Assembly: GCA_040222015.1 (NCBI GenBank)
Contig: JAVJWO010000073.1
Coordinates: forward strand, 1 to 30,807
DNA length: 30,807 nt
From: Coleofasciculus chthonoplastes F2-STO-03
Lineage (GTDB): Bacteria > Cyanobacteriota > Cyanobacteriia > Cyanobacteriales > Coleofasciculaceae
Direction of reading: 5' to 3'
A program made the translations under genes and the position numbers. The notes beneath the pieces were generated by a model. The model was not told the DNA's origin. It made no database searches and was given only the letters and a program-made list of their open reading frames with translations. Positions 10,115-20,099 of the stretch are shown in pieces. Position 1 is the first letter of the stretch. Each line of letters opens with the position of its first letter.

Positions 10115-11413
10115 TTAAGCCGATGCTGATTTAGTAATATCGGTTGCCTTGACCTCCTCCTCTAGGACTTGGCGGGAACTATCGAAACTCATTTTTTCCG
10201 GATCTCCCGGACCTACGTATTTCTCCAATAACATCAACAGCTCACTGGCTCCAAACGGTTTAGTCAAATAGTCCGTTGAGCCTACCATGCGAGCTCTCAC
10301 ACGGTCAATAAAGCCATCTTTGCCCGTCAGCATAATGATTGGAGTTTGTCGAAATGTCGTCGATTGTCGCAACATGCCACACAGTTCATATCCATCGAGT
10401 TGGGGCATGACTAAATCACAGAGAATTAGAGCTGGTTTGATTTGGAAGAGTAAGCTCAGAGCTTTGAGGGGATTTTGAATCGCTGTTACTTCATATCCTT
10501 GGGCTTGCAGCATATACTCGACGGTTTTGCTAACTGCCTTGTCATCATCAATACAGACTACAGAGGGTGCATGATCTGCCCGGGTGGATTCCCAAGGTTG
10601 TCGAACGGCGAGGGTTTGTTGAGGTGCTGACGTCAGCAATTGAATCCAACTCCGTTGGATATAGGGGTAAATGGCTCGGGTGACAGTCAGGATGTCACGA
10701 TTGAGATAGCGAGCCATCTGTCGCAGAGAATTCTTGCCATTTGCCCACCGTTGGAGGGTTCTAAATGCATTCTCCGGTAATGCTGCCTTTAATTTAGTTT
10801 CATCCGTAATCAGTGGGCATTGATTGGGGGATTGGATATGGGGATGAAACTGCTTCCACTCCTGGACTTGCTTCATAATCTTGGTCACTAGGGGGGCAAT
10901 TTCTAAGGTGGTGAGTTGGGGCGCTAAGGCTGGATCAACCTCGAAGACAAAATATCCATTGTGGAGGCTCAACAGGTCAAATAGGGTTTCATGTACCATA
11001 CTGTGGAGAATGCTGCGCCCTTGAGCTGGCGTGATAATATGGTTTTCTAGCAACGCCCAAAGATAGCCATATTCGGGAGCATTGGTCGAAGCAATCGACG
11101 GTTCTTCGATGTCATCCAAAGCTCCTTCAGCTCGATAGCGACGCAGGTAATCGCGCAGTCGTGACAAACTGTGATCACTGTTTGCCGCATAAGCAATTTG
11201 TCCGTTGAGAAAAAAAACAAACCAAAATGGTCCAGGGCAACGGGGTGGGGTCGCGAGGTGAGAGCGTCCCTGGATAAATTTATGAGTCACATCACTACCA
11301 GAGTTATGGGTGTGGAAGCTTTGCGCCTCAACTAAAAGTTCTCCTGTGCGCTGACCCAGTTCGATCAGTTGCAGGATACTGCGGATATCAATTTCATTTA
11401 ACGTTCCCTGCAT
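10115..11413 (-). CDS. pilG: PatA-type response regulator PilG/HmpA (PATAN/DUF4388 + receiver)
   Basis: MQGTLNEIDIRSILQLIELGQRTGEL N-terminus; C-terminal receiver CIDDD, CDLVMP, YLTKPF. Confidence 0.9.
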   Translation of the reverse strand: MQGTLNEIDIRSILQLIELGQRTGELLVEAQSFHTHNSGSDVTHKFIQGRSHLATPPRCPGPFWFVFFLNGQIAYAANSDHSLSRLRDYLRRYRAEGALDDIEEPSIASTNAPEYGYLWALLENHIITPAQGRSILHSMVHETLFDLLSLHNGYFVFEVDPALAPQLTTLEIAPLVTKIMKQVQEWKQFHPHIQSPNQCPLITDETKLKAALPENAFRTLQRWANGKNSLRQMARYLNRDILTVTRAIYPYIQRSWIQLLTSAPQQTLAVRQPWESTRADHAPSVVCIDDDKAVSKTVEYMLQAQGYEVTAIQNPLKALSLLFQIKPALILCDLVMPQLDGYELCGMLRQSTTFRQTPIIMLTGKDGFIDRVRARMVGSTDYLTKPFGASELLMLLEKYVGPGDPEKMSFDSSRQVLEEEVKATDITKSASA

Positions 11414-12483
11414 TTTAAGGAAAATGTACTCCTAAAACCTTGCGTTCAATGCTGAGGCGCGAATGGTCTGTTGGGTTACCAAGTTGCCTGCCATCTTAAC
11501 CTCAACCCCAACTTGATGCTTTACCACCACCGCTGACTGACCCTGTTAAGATAACATCCAATTAGGCTGGAATGGATCGTTTAACGGATGTGTTTCAACA
11601 GAGCAATTTAAACTTTAAATTTAACTTTGCTCAATAGAGCCATTGAAATTTATAGAAGAAGAGTCAATCAAAACCTCCATGTATTCAGTATAATTGAGGA
11701 TTAGACTTGCTGTAACACCTCCTGATCAGGCGGGTTGGACGGCGGTGAGCGATCGCTCGCGTTAATCACCAATTAGCCGGGTTGGCTCGGATACAGGGAC
11801 AAAGCAATGGCTTCAGGAGACGAATTAGTTAAAATGAGTCTAGTCTCAAAAGCATAAGTTTATAAAAACAAGTTTTGTCACAAGGCGAGATGAATCGCAC
11901 AATCAAGTTAAGTCAAGGCTAGACATACTCCTAAAACAGTAACCAGAAAACAGCAATCGAGTTATTGAAGCTAAAATTTTATAGCCAATGGAGTAGGATT
12001 GAGCAAAAAGCTGGTGTCTGTACCAGCCAAGGACTTATAATCTCTCATAGAAATTCATAACTAATTGTAATACAGCCAAAGTCATGCATCGAGAATGGCT
12101 TCGTTAAATAAACTTCAACTACCCCGCGCTACTGACGTAGAGCGCGAAGATGGTGAGGAATAGGGGTTCAATCAGCCAAGGCGACTCGGTTCCTAGCTTA
12201 CCTAAACTTGCCCGTTAAGGAGGGTTGAGTTGGAGATATGTAGCATTCCTCGGTCCGTCAGGACTATCCGGTGGTAGCTTAGATTCAGGACAATAGTCCA
12301 AGACGCGGCTACCTCTGTCACTTCCTAAAAGCTAGCATTGTAGACAAAGCTGCTCGGTCTATAAATCAGAGTTAGCTCTGAGAACATCAGGAGCAGTACG
12401 ACCAGCAACCCAATCAACTAAGATTTAGTTCAGGTTGGCTTAGTCAAGAATTGGGCACAAGACAAGTAAAGAGGACGATCAGT

Positions 12484-14244
12484 GTGCTGTATCTAGCAGA
12501 AGTCAAAAAGCAGAAAACTGGCCCTTTTGGCGGCAGTAAGACCGAACTCAAACTGCTGGCTTGTCAGCGGAATGATCAGAGTTGGAGCGCTGTCCCAGGT
12601 GATGAAATCATCCCAGGAGACGAAGCCGGTGGCATGAGCGATGGGGCTTTGGCAATTGTCAATGTCAGTAACAATCGGATTCAAGGCGAAGTTGAGCCAG
12701 CCGGGACGAGACTGGCGAGCATCTTACAAAATTTTTCGCGTCTGTTGGACAAGGCGAAAAGTCAAGAAGAAGAGATTGAACAGTGGAAGCAGTCCTTGAC
12801 GTATCAAAGTCAAGAACTCAACCGCCGCGAGATGGAAATGGAAGCGCGGTTGGAACAGATGCAAGCCATGGAGGAAGAGGTTGAACAAATCGATCAGCAG
12901 CGTCAAGACCTAGAAAGTACGAAAGAGGAAACTGAACGCCTCAGAGAGGAGTTTGATCGAAAACAACAGGAACTTGAAGGCGCTTGGGAACATCTGCGCG
13001 GTGAACAGCGGCGTTGGGATGAGCAAAAAGAACAGCTGCAACAAACTTCGGGTTTAAGTGAGGACGATGTTGCGGCGATGCAGGAGTTGCTCGATCGCCT
13101 ATCGACGGCTGTCGCTCCTACAGATACTGTGCGGGAACAGTTGAATCAAGCGTTTGACATCATTGATCAACAGCAGTCAGAACTAGATAGTGACTGGCAA
13201 AAACTAGACAATCAGCGCCAACAAGCAGAGCAACGCCAAACCGAAATTGACGAGCAAGCTGAGGACATTCACCAGCGTAAGCAAGAGTTAGAGCAGGTTC
13301 AAACCTCTTATGAAGAGGCACAAGCGGAATTGAAGGTGCAGCGGAATGCTTGGGAGATGAAGCAGGAATCCGTACATCTACTCAGCCTGCAACTTCAAAC
13401 TCATCAGGAGTTACATCAAGAGCTGGCTCGTTTAGCGACCAGTTCAGCCGATGTCAAAATTAGTCAAGAGGTTAACATTCAAGCGCTGGAAAATATGCCC
13501 TTGGGTGAACTCCAGGAAATCGTGCAAAATTTACAGCAAGATTTGGAGAGAGTGGTACAGTTTGTCAACGATCAGGAAGAGGAACTCACATTCCAGCGCC
13601 AAACGGTTGAAGAAATCCAGGAAAAAATTAATAACGCGAGCGAGTACGATCGCATTAGTTTGGAAAGTGAGCTAGCTGACGAGCAAGACCGCTACCAAAT
13701 GTTGGATGAAACCCTCGTCGGTCAACGCCGCAACCTGCGGGAGAGGGAAGAGATTCTCAATCAGCATAATCGTGTCTTACGTCGTCGTCAGGGTATTAGT
13801 GAAGGGAGTAGCGCCGATCCCCATAAAATCGACCTCGGTCCGGTCTTAAACCAGCTCGAGGAACAGCGACAACAGCAGGAAAGCGAACTGGAAAAACTGG
13901 AAAACCAAGTTGAGCAAATGCGCCAAAGCATTAGCCAAGCCGAGGAAATGCTGACTCAGCAAGAAAGTGAGCAAGAAGCCAAACGCTCTGAGTTACAAAG
14001 CTTGGAAGAAAACTGGCACTCGATGAAACAGGAAGTCGCTGAACTGTGGAGTCAAGTGAATTTGTATCAAGAACTCTTACCGCCCAAACAAGAGGCTCTG
14101 AATCAAATTCGCCAGATCCTCGACGCGATCGCACAAGCCCTGAATCAAATTCAGGAAGTTGGCGATTATCAACTCCAAGCAATTTCCGAAATGCGGCAAA
14201 CGGTTGATAGCATGGTGGAATCTCCAGAACTGGCAGCTTCATAG
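12484..14244 (+). CDS. hmpF: Pilus motility taxis protein HmpF (start re-called to GTG 12484)
   Basis: N-terminus (M)LYLAEVKKQK..ELKLLACQRNDQSWSAVP, EIEQWKQSLTYQSQELNRRE, long coiled coil; divergent from the hmp/pil cluster. Confidence 0.9.
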   Translation: MLYLAEVKKQKTGPFGGSKTELKLLACQRNDQSWSAVPGDEIIPGDEAGGMSDGALAIVNVSNNRIQGEVEPAGTRLASILQNFSRLLDKAKSQEEEIEQWKQSLTYQSQELNRREMEMEARLEQMQAMEEEVEQIDQQRQDLESTKEETERLREEFDRKQQELEGAWEHLRGEQRRWDEQKEQLQQTSGLSEDDVAAMQELLDRLSTAVAPTDTVREQLNQAFDIIDQQQSELDSDWQKLDNQRQQAEQRQTEIDEQAEDIHQRKQELEQVQTSYEEAQAELKVQRNAWEMKQESVHLLSLQLQTHQELHQELARLATSSADVKISQEVNIQALENMPLGELQEIVQNLQQDLERVVQFVNDQEEELTFQRQTVEEIQEKINNASEYDRISLESELADEQDRYQMLDETLVGQRRNLREREEILNQHNRVLRRRQGISEGSSADPHKIDLGPVLNQLEEQRQQQESELEKLENQVEQMRQSISQAEEMLTQQESEQEAKRSELQSLEENWHSMKQEVAELWSQVNLYQELLPPKQEALNQIRQILDAIAQALNQIQEVGDYQLQAISEMRQTVDSMVESPELAAS

Positions 14245-14259
14245 GATGGCAGAAGGCAG

Positions 14260-14282
14260 TGGTTCGACAGGCTCACCAACCA
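14260..14282. repeat. 23-nt insert with 5-bp terminal inverted repeats inside GGCAGAA heptamers
   Basis: ggcag[TGGTTcgacaggctcaccAACCA]ggcag. Confidence 0.55.
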
Positions 14283-14297
14283 GGCAGAAGGCAGTTT

Positions 14298-14367
14298 TAG
14301 GTTGGGTTAACGCCTGTTACTAGGGCAGAATAGAGGGCTAAGGTTCCCTTACTACGAACCCAAGCTA
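14298..14367. repeat. REP-like inverted pair between convergent hmpF and tilS
   Basis: TAGGTTGGGTT ... AACCCAAGCTA (10/11 complementary). Confidence 0.5.
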
Positions 14368-14393
14368 ATCTACCAAATTAGGTGTGCCGAGCA

Positions 14394-15404
14394 CTACTCC
14401 CCCTGACTATTTCGCCAAACAATCCAATTCCCTTCCACTTGAGCGCTGGCTCCTCCGGGAAAGGATGAGGTGCGAGAGCGATTGGGCGCATCAATTAAAG
14501 CCGTAATCGCTTCAATTTGCTCAAAATTGGCAGCCGTCGGTTGGGCGATTGCTAAAAACTGCCGAATCGCACGACGTTGTAGGGCGAGAGGGGCTTGTCG
14601 TAAGATTAAACGATTGAGTTTGAGCATCGTAGTGGGTTCATGCTCACTCGTAGAACCCATGGCTTGCTCTCGTAGCGATCGCGCCGCCGTCTCTAAATAC
14701 TCCACATCAGCCCGTAACAGTTCCGCTGTATGACCCAGAGCAGTTTCCACCCTCGGATTAAAATGAGTTTTTAGATAAGGCAGTACCTCTTGGCGAATGC
14801 GATTACGAGCATAGCGGAGGTTTTGATTATAGGCATCCAACCAAACCGGGAGGTGCTGTTGCTCCACAAACTCCCCCGTTTCCCTACGGGTAACCTCTAG
14901 CAACGGGCGTACTAGCTGTACCCCATCTACCAGAGGACGTTGCCAGGTCAGCGATTGGAGACCATCAACTCCCGTACCTCGAATTAGATTATACAAAACC
15001 GTTTCCGCGCGATCGCTCTGAGTGTGAGCCGTGACTACATATTGAAATTGATAGGTTTTGGCAATCTTACCGAGTGCCTGATAACGCCATTGTCGAGCCG
15101 CTCCCTCACTTTGAGTCACTTGATCCGCAATTTCCAGATAAAAAGGAATCGCCCAACTCTGAGCCACTTGTTCAATGTGATCTGCCAGCCCCTTGTCTGC
15201 GGGCCAACGGTGATCACAATGCGCGATCGCTAATTGCCATCTCCACTTCGACTGCAAATCCAAAAGCAGTTTCATTAAACAGAGGGAATCTTGCCCCCCC
15301 GATACAGCCACTAAAACATGACGACTTGGCGCTAATAGCTGCCTTTGCCGTAGCGTTTGATGAAGACGGGCGTGAATTAGCGTCCAATCTGAACGTTTAG
15401 ACAT
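14394..15404 (-). CDS. tilS: tRNA(Ile)-lysidine synthetase TilS
   Basis: PP-loop VAVSGGQDS, HCDH, TAHTQSDRAET, VRPLL, RNRIRQEVLP. Confidence 0.95.
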   Translation of the reverse strand: MSKRSDWTLIHARLHQTLRQRQLLAPSRHVLVAVSGGQDSLCLMKLLLDLQSKWRWQLAIAHCDHRWPADKGLADHIEQVAQSWAIPFYLEIADQVTQSEGAARQWRYQALGKIAKTYQFQYVVTAHTQSDRAETVLYNLIRGTGVDGLQSLTWQRPLVDGVQLVRPLLEVTRRETGEFVEQQHLPVWLDAYNQNLRYARNRIRQEVLPYLKTHFNPRVETALGHTAELLRADVEYLETAARSLREQAMGSTSEHEPTTMLKLNRLILRQAPLALQRRAIRQFLAIAQPTAANFEQIEAITALIDAPNRSRTSSFPGGASAQVEGNWIVWRNSQGE

Positions 15405-15486
15405 TCTTATCGCAGAAGGCTACAAGGCAAGAAGCTTGTTACTGATATAGCAGCTACCTTGGCAGGTTAGGACATTCTTTTGAACA

Positions 15487-16602
15487 TTACTGATTACTTT
15501 GCCAACCTTCTGAACTCATTTCTTCCCAAACATCATCGAGAAGCGAGTCTGTATCATTGTCCTCCTCTTCCTCTAAGTTTGAGGAAAAATCACCTAAATC
15601 AAACTCATCTTCATCTTCATCTTCATCACTAGCAGAAGTTGCATCAAAATCGAGTTCCTCATCACTTTCTGTGGCAATTGCTCCCAAATCTAGCAACTCG
15701 TCGTCGTTGTTGGTGCTTTCCTCTTCCATCTCCAACTCTTCTTCAATGCTTTGGGAGAGTTCATCAAATTCATCACCAAAGCTCGCTGATGTATCCTCAT
15801 CGGTAGAGAGTTCCTCTAAGTCATCACTAAAGCTCGCTGATGTATCCTCATCGGTAGAGAGTTCCTCTAAGTCATCACTAAAGCTGACGGGTTCCTCTTC
15901 TTCTAAGGGAGACATTTCCTCGAAGTCACTCTCAAAGCTGACGGATGGCTCTTCCTCCTCACCAGGAGACATTTCCTCGAAGTCACTCTCAAAGCTGACG
16001 GATGGCTCTTCCTCCTCATCGGTAGAGAGTTCATCGAAGTCACTCTCAAAGCTAACAGGTGGCTCCTCTTCTTCTAGTTCCTCCATCTGAAAGCTTGTCC
16101 CCTCATCCATCTCATCATAGATGTCACCGAGGCTGTCTTGCTGTTGATCCTCATCGTTGAAGGCAGATAATTCATAGTCATGATCTGCCTCATCCAAACT
16201 CATCGATGGCTGCTCTAAATCGAGTTCCTCATCCATGGTGAGTGAGTCGTCTGGCACAGAGAACTCATCCTCATCCTCATTCTCATCCTCTGCACTGACT
16301 GATTCTACTGGCATCTTCTCCTCAGCCACTTCTTGAGGACAAAATTCCAAATTGATTCTTACCTTGCCCTTTTGCCAACCACCCGCACTAAATCGCAAGA
16401 CTTCACAGGAGATACCCTCCTCACTAAACCAGGCATTTTTGTCTTGAGTCCATTCGCTCAACCCATGCTCAAGCTGCGTTTTGATCGCGTCCGCCAATTC
16501 GCCTACTCGGAAGGTATGATGCCCAATTAAGATTTGCGCTGATTCGTCAACGGATAAGACTTCACCACTAGCGAGTGGCTCAAACTGATTATCTACGCCC
16601 AT
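15487..16602 (-). CDS. KGK-domain protein with long acidic repeat tail
   Basis: WFSEEGISCEVLRFSAGGWQKGKVRINLEFCP; D/E-rich tail with 17-19 aa repeats; C-terminal SLLDDVW. Confidence 0.85.
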   Translation of the reverse strand: MGVDNQFEPLASGEVLSVDESAQILIGHHTFRVGELADAIKTQLEHGLSEWTQDKNAWFSEEGISCEVLRFSAGGWQKGKVRINLEFCPQEVAEEKMPVESVSAEDENEDEDEFSVPDDSLTMDEELDLEQPSMSLDEADHDYELSAFNDEDQQQDSLGDIYDEMDEGTSFQMEELEEEEPPVSFESDFDELSTDEEEEPSVSFESDFEEMSPGEEEEPSVSFESDFEEMSPLEEEEPVSFSDDLEELSTDEDTSASFSDDLEELSTDEDTSASFGDEFDELSQSIEEELEMEEESTNNDDELLDLGAIATESDEELDFDATSASDEDEDEDEFDLGDFSSNLEEEEDNDTDSLLDDVWEEMSSEGWQSNQ

Positions 16603-16716
16603 TTTCCCCGATTAACGTTCTACTTGTGTGCTTAATCATGATTTACAAATTGGGTCATTCCCTGGATCACCTAGGAGTAAGCGATTTGGTCGTCGCGTTG
16701 ATTAGTCCTGGAAGTC

Positions 16717-17790
16717 CTAGAAGAACCAGCCGTAGGAATGTAATCCTTTACCCAATAGATTCACCCCAAGATAACAAATCCAGACTACAACAAATCCTGT
16801 TGCTGCTAAAATGGCGGGTCGTCGTCCTTGCCAGCCTCGGGTAATGCGAGCATGAAGGTAAGCGGCAAATACGAGCCAGGTAATTAATGCCCAAGTTTCT
16901 TTGGGGTCCCAACTCCAATAGGAACCCCATGCCTCATTTGCCCAAACTGCACCAGCAATAATGCCAATTGTCAGCAACGGAAATCCTAGCCCGATAATCC
17001 GATAGCTAATATTATCTAAGGTATCCGCTAAGTTTAGGCGTTGGGGAGAAAGGGTGGGAACGCTAGCTACCTCAGGTGTGGAGGATGGGGCGGAGGCGAC
17101 AGCATCCAGAACGGCTGTACTTGTCGAACCTGAGGTGTCTTGCCAACTCATCGCCATTGCTCCACTATCGCCTCCCTGGGGCTGAAGGTTATCCTGATTT
17201 CGTTTCAGTTGATAGGAAGTCGCTCCCGTGGAGTCTTGTTTACGGCGGAAGCCACCTGTACCGACAGAACTCCCGCGCAGTTCAACATTTTGACCCCGAG
17301 TCACGACTAAAAAGGCGATCGCTAATAGTGATCCCACCATTAATGTGGCGTAACTGAGCATCATCACGCTGACGTGCATCATCAGCCAGTTGGATTTCAG
17401 CGCCGGAACTAACGGTTCCGCCTGTTGCATATCAGATGGTAGTGACAGAGCGGCAAAGGCGGTAATTCCCATGGCGACAGGGGAGGTAACCACGCCCACC
17501 AAACGACTCGCGCTCATTTTCTCGGCTACCAGATGCATCGCGGTGATGCCCCAGGCTAAGAAAAATAGGGATTCATAGAGATTACTTAATGGGAAATACC
17601 CAGCACTCAGCCAACGGGCACCAAGTAAGGCGGCAATACACAGGTTGGCGATGATCATACCCGTTCCGCCTAAGGTGGGCAGATAGGGGATGTTCTTGAA
17701 GGCTGCACCAACCCAATACAGCAGCATGGTAACTAGGAGAACTGCAAATGAAATATTATCTAAGCTGTTTTGGAGTGAAATTAGATCCAT
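16717..17790 (-). CDS. ccsA: Cytochrome c biogenesis protein CcsA (system II, Ycf5; often annotated CcsB)
   Basis: WWD motif [42 protein letters not shown]. Confidence 0.96.
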   Translation of the reverse strand: MDLISLQNSLDNISFAVLLVTMLLYWVGAAFKNIPYLPTLGGTGMIIANLCIAALLGARWLSAGYFPLSNLYESLFFLAWGITAMHLVAEKMSASRLVGVVTSPVAMGITAFAALSLPSDMQQAEPLVPALKSNWLMMHVSVMMLSYATLMVGSLLAIAFLVVTRGQNVELRGSSVGTGGFRRKQDSTGATSYQLKRNQDNLQPQGGDSGAMAMSWQDTSGSTSTAVLDAVASAPSSTPEVASVPTLSPQRLNLADTLDNISYRIIGLGFPLLTIGIIAGAVWANEAWGSYWSWDPKETWALITWLVFAAYLHARITRGWQGRRPAILAATGFVVVWICYLGVNLLGKGLHSYGWFF

Positions 17791-17913
17791 TACGCTTCTC
17801 TACTTAATCGTTTAGACATGAATTTACTGGGTTACTATATATCCTATCGGGATTACCGCCTTTCACGAGAGGCGAAAAAAATCATCATAACGATTTTTGG
17901 GATTATTGGGGTT

Positions 17914-17937
17914 GTAGAGACGTAGCATGCTACGTCT
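17914..17937. repeat. GTAG-type REP palindrome
   Basis: GTAG followed by the perfect 20-bp palindrome AGACGTAGCATGCTACGTCT; degenerate relatives near 21338 and 21464. Confidence 0.8.
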
Positions 17938-17978
17938 AGGAGATAGGGAAGGTTGGAGAGATCTGCCTTGAGAAAACG

Positions 17979-19715
17979 TCAAGGAGAGGGTATCGGAGAA
18001 GAAGGAACCGGAACTGGATTGGACGGTAGCATTGTTTCTAGCTTGACAAATAAGTCAAAACGTGTATTTCGCTGATCTTCCCCGGCTGTCGTCAAACCGA
18101 TCGCGCGGATTGCCTGCATCATCTCATCAAGTTGAGAGGGAAGTTGAGGCAAATTTAAATTATCTCGATTTAAGAGACGCTCCACCTCAATGAAAACTTG
18201 ACCATTGTGGGGACTAGGTTTTGTGGGTACGATTTGCTGAAACAGTGGCGTTTGAGTCAAGGGGGCTTGGGGTTGAGGAACAATGGCATCAGCAATGGGT
18301 GCGCCGAAGGTGAGAAAGGCAATATTTCCTTCTAACCAACCGTGGGTAGCGGTAACGCCTCCCAGGGGAGATGTCCAGCGTACCAAAGGTTGACGATTGA
18401 GTTGGGTGTTTTCCACCGTAAACTGATAACGGGTTTCCATCACTTGATCAAGCTGCTGGAAGGCTTTTTCTGTAGCGGCGCGATCGCTCGATAGAATCAT
18501 TACGGTGATACCTGCGCCTAGCATGGGTGGTGGCTGGTTTTCTGGGGGTGTGAGCAAATCCTCAGTTGCGGGAATCAGGGCAATTACCCATTCTCCTGCC
18601 ATCCAGGGTAATAAATCCTCTTGTACATCTACACCCAGAGTTGTCTGTATCCCGGCACTCAGATTCGCTGCGGGAATGGGGATCAGGGGATTAGCGGAGG
18701 CGTTTTGGGCGTAACTTTTCCACAATTGAGCTAAATTACTACCACTCAGCATGAAGCGGGTATTGGCGGGGAGGCGTCTGGGTAAACGGCTACTGGTATT
18801 TTCTATGGGATAGGCGTTTTGGCTATTCGGTTTCAGCCAAGACATCCCGCGAAAACGTATCCCATCTGACTCCAAGGAAATACTCGTCACCAGCCCTTGC
18901 TGGGGTTGCCTTTGGGCTAACTGTTCCGGTGAGAGCGATCGCGTGGAGTTGGCGGCGGCGGTGGCGGTAAACGTGGGTAGGTTTAAGTACACTTGAGCAA
19001 ACGCCTGGGTGGTGTCAATTGTAGCTAAAGCCTCAATATATCCCGGCGTAGATGCCACAGATTTCACCCCTTTATAGGTGTCAATCACCTCCTCCATGGT
19101 TTGGGGATTTGACGTAACCACGACAAACCGTTCCAAAACAGTAACCGAATAGTTTTGGCTACCGGGCTTTTGAGTTTCGCGAAGCTGAACTCCGCGATAG
19201 GTTCTCTCACCAAACTGAGTCACTTTCTGAGACGCGGTTTTAGCCAAAATTTCTTTAGCTTGGGCGGGGTTATTAATCGGTAGGATAACTAAGTCGGGGA
19301 GTTTGATAAACGGTAGCGTGACAGGGGATGTTTGCTCTGATTCCGTTTCTGGAGCAGATGTACTATCCCCCCGATAGGCAATCATTACCGTTTCACCTAA
19401 CCACGGCTGGATATCTTCCTCGTAGTCGTAGCCGTTGTCTGTTAGCAGGTTTTTCTCAAGCTGGGCGAGTTGTCTGACTAACGCCGCTAGAGTGTTGGGT
19501 GTGCCATATCGCTGCAATTGTCGCCATTTACCGCTATCTGTAGACACTAAGGCTGTGATCAGGGTATCTTGAGGCACAAGTTTTGCCCCCACTGGTGCTT
19601 TTGCCAGCCATAGATTGTGTTGTACGAACAGAGAATAGGCGATGACACTCCCGCTCATCAGGACAACAATTAGGGCTAATGTTACCCGTAAAAGGAGTTT
19701 ATTTCTTTTCAGCAT
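17979..19715 (-). CDS. DUF3352 family exported protein
   Basis: N-terminal signal/TM; DYEEDIQPWLG and EDLLPWMAGEW repeats typical of this family. Confidence 0.8.
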   Translation of the reverse strand: MLKRNKLLLRVTLALIVVLMSGSVIAYSLFVQHNLWLAKAPVGAKLVPQDTLITALVSTDSGKWRQLQRYGTPNTLAALVRQLAQLEKNLLTDNGYDYEEDIQPWLGETVMIAYRGDSTSAPETESEQTSPVTLPFIKLPDLVILPINNPAQAKEILAKTASQKVTQFGERTYRGVQLRETQKPGSQNYSVTVLERFVVVTSNPQTMEEVIDTYKGVKSVASTPGYIEALATIDTTQAFAQVYLNLPTFTATAAANSTRSLSPEQLAQRQPQQGLVTSISLESDGIRFRGMSWLKPNSQNAYPIENTSSRLPRRLPANTRFMLSGSNLAQLWKSYAQNASANPLIPIPAANLSAGIQTTLGVDVQEDLLPWMAGEWVIALIPATEDLLTPPENQPPPMLGAGITVMILSSDRAATEKAFQQLDQVMETRYQFTVENTQLNRQPLVRWTSPLGGVTATHGWLEGNIAFLTFGAPIADAIVPQPQAPLTQTPLFQQIVPTKPSPHNGQVFIEVERLLNRDNLNLPQLPSQLDEMMQAIRAIGLTTAGEDQRNTRFDLFVKLETMLPSNPVPVPSSPIPSP

Positions 19716-19749
19716 GAATATTCGTTATTTGTCATTTGTCATTTGTCAT

Positions 19750-19774
19750 ACTCGCGGAGCGCCAAGCAAGCTAC
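19750..19774. repeat. 25-nt small dispersed insert in an STRR2 unit (copy 1)
   Basis: gtcat[actcgcggagcgccaagcaagctac]gtcat; homologous copy at 30000-30025. Confidence 0.7.
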
Positions 19775-19875
19775 GTCATTGGTAAAGAGTTGAGGAGTAT
19801 TGGCATAACTATATAGGCTTAGATTTTATAGGCTTAGATTTTATCCAGCAAGCCCTAAATAAATTAATCGTATTA

Positions 19876-19900
19876 GTAGCGAGCAAGATGCTCGCACTAC
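19876..19900. repeat. GTAG-type REP hairpin
   Basis: GTAG CGAGCA AGA TGCTCG CA CTAC. Confidence 0.7.
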
Positions 19901-19945
19901 AATAATTTGGCTGGGATTGACAATAACCTTTAAATGACAAACAAC

Positions 19946-20046
19946 TAGGTTAGCAAGCTTAAATTGGTGGGTAAAATTTTCCTGGATAGTTACTCTCATA
20001 AGGGTTTCAGAAAATACTTTGCCAACGTTTTAAGCTTGCCAAGCTA
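19946..20046. mobile_element. MITE-like element with long imperfect inverted repeats
   Basis: TAGGTTAGCAAGCTTAAA...TTTAAGCTTGCCAAGCTA; arms match at 25 of 35 positions by hand alignment. Confidence 0.55.
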
Positions 20047-20099
20047 CTACCAGAATGTCCCTGCTCCCTTTGCTATTCAGCTTAAGTTGACACTAATGT

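Noticed and set aside
12341..12400. c-di-GMP-I riboswitch resemblance (CAAAGC...GGTCTA)
   Set aside because: The GGCAAAC/GNRA P2 stem and P1 closure are missing; kept only as an unassigned structure.
15446..15474. TATAGCAG...GTTAGGACA as a MITE
   Set aside because: Looks like a single IS630-type end with no partner inverted repeat nearby.
15557..16090. Ser-rich plus-strand ORFs (also 8249-8596 and 7481-7678)
   Set aside because: Antisense shadows of Asp/Glu-rich coding regions.
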